A stretch of 64,000 nt of DNA from NCBI RefSeq assembly GCF_009914755.1, contig NC_060934.1; one strand, 5' to 3'. Below are positions 57,533-64,000 of the stretch, piece by piece. Position 1 is the first letter of the stretch. Each line of letters begins with the position of its first letter. Source of the DNA: the human T2T-CHM13v2.0 reference genome, Homo sapiens. The notes below the pieces were generated by a model. That model had not been told where the DNA came from. It did not search any database and saw nothing but the letters and a program-made list of their open reading frames with translations. The position numbers were made by a program, and so were the translations under genes.

Positions 57533-59267
57533 TCTGATTTGTTTTAGCACTACTTCGTTTTCTACCTGAAGACTAGCTTGTGTTTTATTTGTTTGATGTT
57601 TTTTAATAGTGTTTTAATCATTGCTTATGATCATGCAATGCCCCAAGCGCATTGGCTGGAAAATGGTTTATAAATAAAATTATTGTTATTATTATCTTTA
57701 TCTCTTGTAACAATACTCATTATATTAAGATTATATCTAGGCTAGAAATAGTTCAACATATGTGATTATATGTAATCGGTGTATTTTGTTTCTGCTTTTT
57801 TAAAAACCCTGTTGCTGATATGCAACTTTGTACTTATCACTAAACAAACTATTGTTTAGAAGTTGTAGGAGACTCTGATTTGCTTTGGAGAGTGACTCTT
57901 TGCAAGTTTCAACAAGAATTTGCCCCTGGTAGGACTGGGATCCAAAGAAATTCGTTGTTCTCAGTGGACATGTACTGATAACAGCCACAGCAGCACCTGG
58001 GGATTTAATTGCCAGAACTTTTCTCTCAAACCCAGAGCCCTAAGAGTTTCCAGAGGAAAAAACTATGTTTAATAGGAAGAACAATTAGGGAAGCCTATTT
58101 TACCTTGATAATAGAATAACTTTACAAATATTAAGACTGTCTGAGTATAAGACAGGCTACCCTGTGAGGTTGTGAAGATCCCATTGTTTGCAAGTGTTCT
58201 AGAAGATGGCCAAGCCACTGACTTGGGGGTGCTCTGAAGGAAATTCAGATATTCATTGAATTCATCGAATACCAGGGTGGCATTCACTGGCTTCTCTAGT
58301 GGCTTCCCTTTCTAAGATTCCATGTTTCTATGTGGGTTGAAGTGTCTGAATACGTCTCTGTGGTTGTGAAATAATATTGAGTATAGGATCATTCACCTAG
58401 TGTTCTTCAAGGGTGAAATGCAGTGCACATTCTATTCAATATGTTTTGATATGTTACAAGGAATGTCATGATATATACCAGTCTTAAGGGGTAATGGTTG
58501 TCTGGAGGTTGTAGCTCGTTGGATTTGAGGGTTAGAGGTTCAACTTTGGGAGATGGAGGTCACATATCTGATTCTCTATGTGGGTCAACATGTCTCCTTC
58601 TTCTTTTTCCATTGAACTGATCTACACAATATAAAATGTTGGCAAGTGGAAAGTTATAGTAATTAAAAGGATTATTACTAAAGCCATGGCTTGCACCCTT
58701 CTGCCTGAAGGGTGATTTTGCAAAAGGGTGATATTGGTCTCAAAATGGACCAGATAGGAGCATCAATAGTACAAATGCATTCCTATATCCAAAAAAAAAA
58801 AAAAAACAAATCCAGGCAGGCAGGCTGCTGAGAGTTCAGGGTAGGAGGTGGTATATTCAGGGGGACTTGGTGGATATGGGAAATCTGAGGGCAAACACTT
58901 TGCTAAACTCTCTGTTTTGGGGCAGAAATGTTAGTGACTTTTGAGAGGATCACAATCAGTAAAAAAAAAACAATGAGAAATGCACTTTTTGCTGTCAATG
59001 TTTGAAACTCAGCTCAAGCCCAACCTTTTCCATGAACTCTCCACAGGCTATGACTTTGTAAAGTTGGGTTCTTCTTTGAGTTCAGATAGTCGAAGGAACC
59101 TCAATTTTCGTCATAATTATTTATTTTATTACCATTAAACTCTTGCTGTCTTAGAAGTCAGCTAGCTGTAAATACCTTTAAAAAATCGACACCTAATTTT
59201 TTGCCATTATTTTTGTAATTGTCAAATTTTAAAGCATATTCTATATGTGTGTTATATTTACATATAA

Positions 59268-59269
<2 letters not shown>

Positions 59270-59299
<30 letters not shown>
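59270..59299. repeat. (AT)15 microsatellite
   Basis: Counted directly. Confidence 0.93.
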
Positions 59300-59302
<3 letters not shown>

Positions 59303-59364
59303 AAGTCAGAGTAATGCCTTCTAGTCTTCTGTATATATATATAAGCTTTAAAACCAGAGCTCTG

Positions 59365-59774
<410 letters not shown>

Positions 59775-60033
59775 TTAGTGTTGTCTGGGAGAGTCCTCAG
59801 AAGGCTCACAGCAGACTACATGTCCATCTTTTCTTATGGGTTTTCCTTTCTTAAGTCTAGCTGAGAGGTACCAGCCACCTAGTGCGGCTACTCCAAGTGT
59901 TTGGTTGTAAACAGGCTGTCGTTCCCATTGTCCAGCCAAGCATAAGTATGCAAACAAGAAACAAGTTTGTGCCAGGCACAGTAAGTTCTTATTTTTCTCC
60001 CGCCTGATAGATGGGGAAACATGAGTCATGGGG

Positions 60034-60061
60034 AAACAAACAAACAAACAAACAAACAAAC
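60034..60061 (+). repeat. (AAAC)7 microsatellite
   Basis: Read directly from the sequence. Confidence 0.9.
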
Positions 60062-61381
60062 ACCTCACTTTTCATTCATGCAACACCATTGCATGGATCC
60101 CAGGACTTCCTGTATTTGGCTTCTAGTCATTTGCTTACCTACTGAGTGTCCAGGCAGAGGCATCTCCCCTGCAGGGGTCCTGCCTTGCATCTGAGCAGCC
60201 CAGCTTGGCTCTACCTGGTCAGGGGCTTTTCCAAGGGAAGCGAACAGCTTTGTTTCACTTGACGGAAGGCTCTATTTCCTGCAGAGTTCTTGCATCTACC
60301 TGTGTAGCCCAGTTATAGGGTCTAGGCTTAGCAATACCAGGAGTGAAGAGTTAGCTGCAAACCTCTCAATGCTGTTCTAGCTCGATGTTCAGTAACTATG
60401 TTCAATAAGTTTGCTGGGCCATAGAAAATTCTTTTACTCAATGGATTTTCTTACTTTAATCTCATGTTAAGTTTTGAGTTTTTTTCATATTTCACATTCA
60501 GAGGATTTAAAGTTTCATTTTTATTTTTGAGCCAAATTAAGCTAAAAAGAGGGTCTGCGTGCCTACTTTGAAAAGAGCCTCCTTTTGTCACCTAATTTTC
60601 TGTTTCGTTCTAGCATAATTAGAAATCTTTGATTTGTGAAGGACTGCTTACGTTGATGTAACCCAAGTTTGATAAGTTCCTTTTCTGAATATCGTCTTGG
60701 AACTCTCACTTTGTTTTCAGGAAGAGTTGGGTCAATCTAATTTCTCAGTGGCCTTCTAGTGGCTTTGAAGAAGAATCCCATTTATTGAATTTGAAAATTA
60801 AAAATAATGCTGATAGGCATTCCCTGGTTTAATGTTCCCCCCGAAGCAAATTAATCAGTAGTTATTAAACTTGTTACTTGTAATTAAACTTATAATTACC
60901 TTAAAATGGTTACATATAACATAAATATTAACTTGGTAATTTTAATATTTAGCTAAATGTGTGCTTTATTCATTTTCTTGCTAGTTTTCTAATATTGTAT
61001 TTTAATTTTTTCACGAGTGTGTTCCTCTTTCTATTTTGATGCTGATGTTTCTTATATTTCTTTGAATTCCCTCTTGTAGGAAGCTCAGGGCCAGCCACGT
61101 GGGACACCCAATGTGTTCGTCACTGGGCTTATTGAGGAAAGTATTAATATCTACATTAGCGAGTTGGGCGATATTTTCAGAATCTTTGTTTTCTGTCAGG
61201 GGTTGTTATTTGTGCATCTTTTTGTTTGAACAGCTAAGAAGGTCCTGATATGCAGGGTAGGATGACAGAAACAGAGTAGTTTAAACACTGGGACATTCTC
61301 CTGTGGAGTTTTTAAAACTTCCAAAAAAAATCTTTTTATAGGAAAAAGTAGAAACTTTAATTTTCATTCCACCCTCTAGGA

Positions 61382-61595
61382 TCAGGTTTATCAACCTTGG
61401 CCATATCGCCACTTGGGGAGATAATTTCCCATTGTGGAGGGCTGTCTGTGCACTGTAGGCATTTAGTCCATTTAGTAGCATCCCTAGACTCTATCCACTA
61501 GATGACAATAGCTGTTGTAACAACAAAAAATGTCTCCAGACATTGCCAAGTGTCCCCTGGTGGGGGGGCAAAGTCACTCCACTTGAGAATCACCA
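61382..61595. mobile_element. MER20 (hAT-Charlie)
   Basis: GGGCTGTCTGTGCACTGTAGG..TAGCATCCCT..ATCCACTAGATG..AAAAATGTCTCCAGACATTGCCAAGTGTCCCCTGG; TCTAG-type TSDs. Confidence 0.88.
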
Positions 61596-61601
61596 TTCTA
61601 G

Positions 61602-61925
<324 letters not shown>

Positions 61926-63126
61926 TGGAATCGTTTTGATGTAAACAGCCAACTATCTGACTGCTTTCTACAGTTCTGTAGACAGAGCCTTTCCCTAACC
62001 AAAGAATGGGAAGGATCTCCTGCTGCTGGGAGGAGACCTGGGGGCTGGAAGCATCCAGCCAGCTGCTTTTCTTTTTTTCCAGATTTTGTATTTCAGGAAA
62101 TGGCCTCAGTGGCCCTGTAGAAAACATAGAGATTCCTGCTGTCTGGATTAAATCTTTCTGGCTGTTGAAGGAAGCACTTCCAGGCTATCTGGATCCTAAT
62201 CATGGGGTAGAACTGAGTGAAATGTAGCTGTGTCTCCTCTTCCCACCTCCCTCTGTTAAGGACTCAGTGCTGAGCACTGAGACTTGCTTGGGAAAGTGAC
62301 TTCCCAGGGCTTCTGTTGGCTGCAGAAGCTCCCATTTCTGTTTAAATAGGCTACTTTCTCTACAGCCAACCCTGGGTTTTTGGTCTAGGGACTCTTTTAT
62401 GGGAAGACATTTTGGAATCCTTTTGCTTTGTCTTGGAAGTATGGAAGAAGAACCAATGGATCAAACATCAAAGCAATCAAGAGCACTTGGATATTCTAGA
62501 GTTCCTTTCTCTCTGCCTGCCAAATTCTACTTTGTTTTTTTCCTCTCTGTCTGCGCAATTCTATGCTGTTGAGGTGACCATTGAACTCTAGGTGGGATGA
62601 AACCACCCTATGCACAGGACACCAGGACACATCACTTCTCTGTGGCCATGTCCCATGAGCCCCTGAATGGGGATGGGGTAGGGAAGGAAGCATTAAGTGT
62701 TCAGCTGCAGTTGTGAAGGGAACTGTCAATCCAGGGCACGAGTTGCTGAAGCCTCCCATTGACCCAGATATTCTGCTATCTTGAAAGCTTTATCTTCTAA
62801 GACAATGTTGACTAACAGCTTTTCTTTTATTCACATTTCTGTTTCAAAAGAATAACAAATAAGCTTAATTCTTCACAAAATCTTCAGCAAATGCCTTTTA
62901 ATCCAGCACAATGGTAGTTATTTTAAGAAGGCTGGCAAAGAACCACAGGGCTTTTCTATTTTTCAGTCTGGGGTTCTTTGCTCATACAGAAGCACTCAAT
63001 CACTTTTAATCTTGGCTTGCACCAAGCCACATCAACTTTGTTTGCACAGAACTGATATAACTGCCTTAAGCTCTTCTGGTCTGTTTTTCATCTCCCCATT
63101 GAGCCTTAAAATTTAAATAACAGGTT

Positions 63127-63128
<2 letters not shown>

Positions 63129-63168
<40 letters not shown>
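63129..63168. repeat. (AC)20 microsatellite
   Basis: Counted directly. Confidence 0.96.
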
Positions 63169-63171
<3 letters not shown>

Positions 63172-63539
63172 TTCTTAGATACCATGTATCTTTGCTCACT
63201 GTAATTTCTGGGATTTGATTCCACACCCAAGCTACGTTTGTGGAAGGAAGAGAATGGTAAGCACCACGTATAAATGGAGAGAAGGAGCTCAAGGAAGCAC
63301 CTGATGAATGAATGAAGTAGCTCTCAGAGGAGGACAGCCTTCAGGGGCCTGGAAAGACAAACCATTAAAGTCTTCCTTGGCCAGCAGAGGTGTGGGGAAT
63401 CTCTGTTCTCTAGAGATAAGAACAATCTCGAGGTTTTCATCTAAGTTACCAAAATGAGAGGTCCTCTGTGGATTTCAGGTCAGGCTTCCTTGGGTTATTA
63501 TCTGGCATAGATGACCACAACTTTGAAATCAGCTCTTCA

Positions 63540-63806
63540 GGCTAGGCACAGTGGCTTATGCCTGTAATCCCAGGGCTTTGGGAGGCTGAGCCCAGGAGTT
63601 TGCGACCAACAGGGCTAACACAATAAGACCTTATCTCTACAAAAAAAAAAAAAAAAATTAGCTGAGTGTGGTGGTGCATGCCTGTAGTCCCAGCTATTCA
63701 GGAGGCTGAGGTGGAAGAATCACTTGAGCCCAGGAGTTTGAGGCTGCAGTGAGCTCTGATTGCATCACTGCCCTGAAGCCTGGGCAACAGAGTGAGACCC
63801 TGTCTC

Positions 63807-63838
<32 letters not shown>

Positions 63839-63840
63839 AA
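63540..63840 (+). mobile_element. AluJ with a left-arm deletion and (TAAA)n tail
   Basis: TSD TGAAA(T/C)CAGCTCTTCA. Confidence 0.9.
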
Positions 63841-64000
63841 TTTTAAAAAATGAAACCAGCTCTTCAATGCTCCTGTAGCCCTGAGTTTATTCTGCTCACC
63901 TCCCAGCCTCACCCCATTTCTTTTAAATAAACTTTCTGTTTTGAAAACATTTTAAAGGTGAAAAGAGAATACAGACTCCTGGTACACTCCACCCGGTTTC

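Noticed and set aside
58289-58305. CTCF-like CTCTAGTGGC motifs (also near 60755)
   Set aside because: They lack the GGC/GGG core 3' of CCACTAGA; poor match
60015-60028. NFAT:AP-1 composite element
   Set aside because: The GGAAA-to-TGAGTCA spacing is 2 nt rather than the 3 nt of the canonical ARRE2 composite

Overview
This is primate (human-like) non-coding genomic DNA, either intronic or intergenic, and it is dominated by interspersed repeats. I count about 45 Alu/FLAM/FRAM copies (many with readable target-site duplications, TSDs), several 3' L1 fragments, long decayed L2 remnants, MIRs, MaLR and ERV1 LTRs (MLT1, THE1D-like, MER39-like), hAT DNA transposons (MER58A, Charlie1, MER96, MER20) and microsatellites. 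I see no CpG island, no RNA gene and no supportable protein-coding CDS. The ORF track consists of Alu-derived or random frames plus one L1 ORF2 fragment. I did not find a new multi-gene system. The most interesting signals are local and structural: (i) a ~140-bp fold-back inverted duplication joined to an Alu-L1 chimera (54.5-55.5 kb); (ii) a consensus-like recursive splice-site motif at 25.57 kb and other + strand splice signals, including an 11-nt microexon-like motif and a possible terminal exon at the window start; (iii) a 5'-inverted L1 with an unusually large internal deletion; (iv) one target site hit twice by Alus; (v) a palindromic AT-rich minisatellite; (vi) several enhancer-like unique islands. 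Repeat subfamily calls come from remembered consensus sequences, and boundaries of old elements are approximate.
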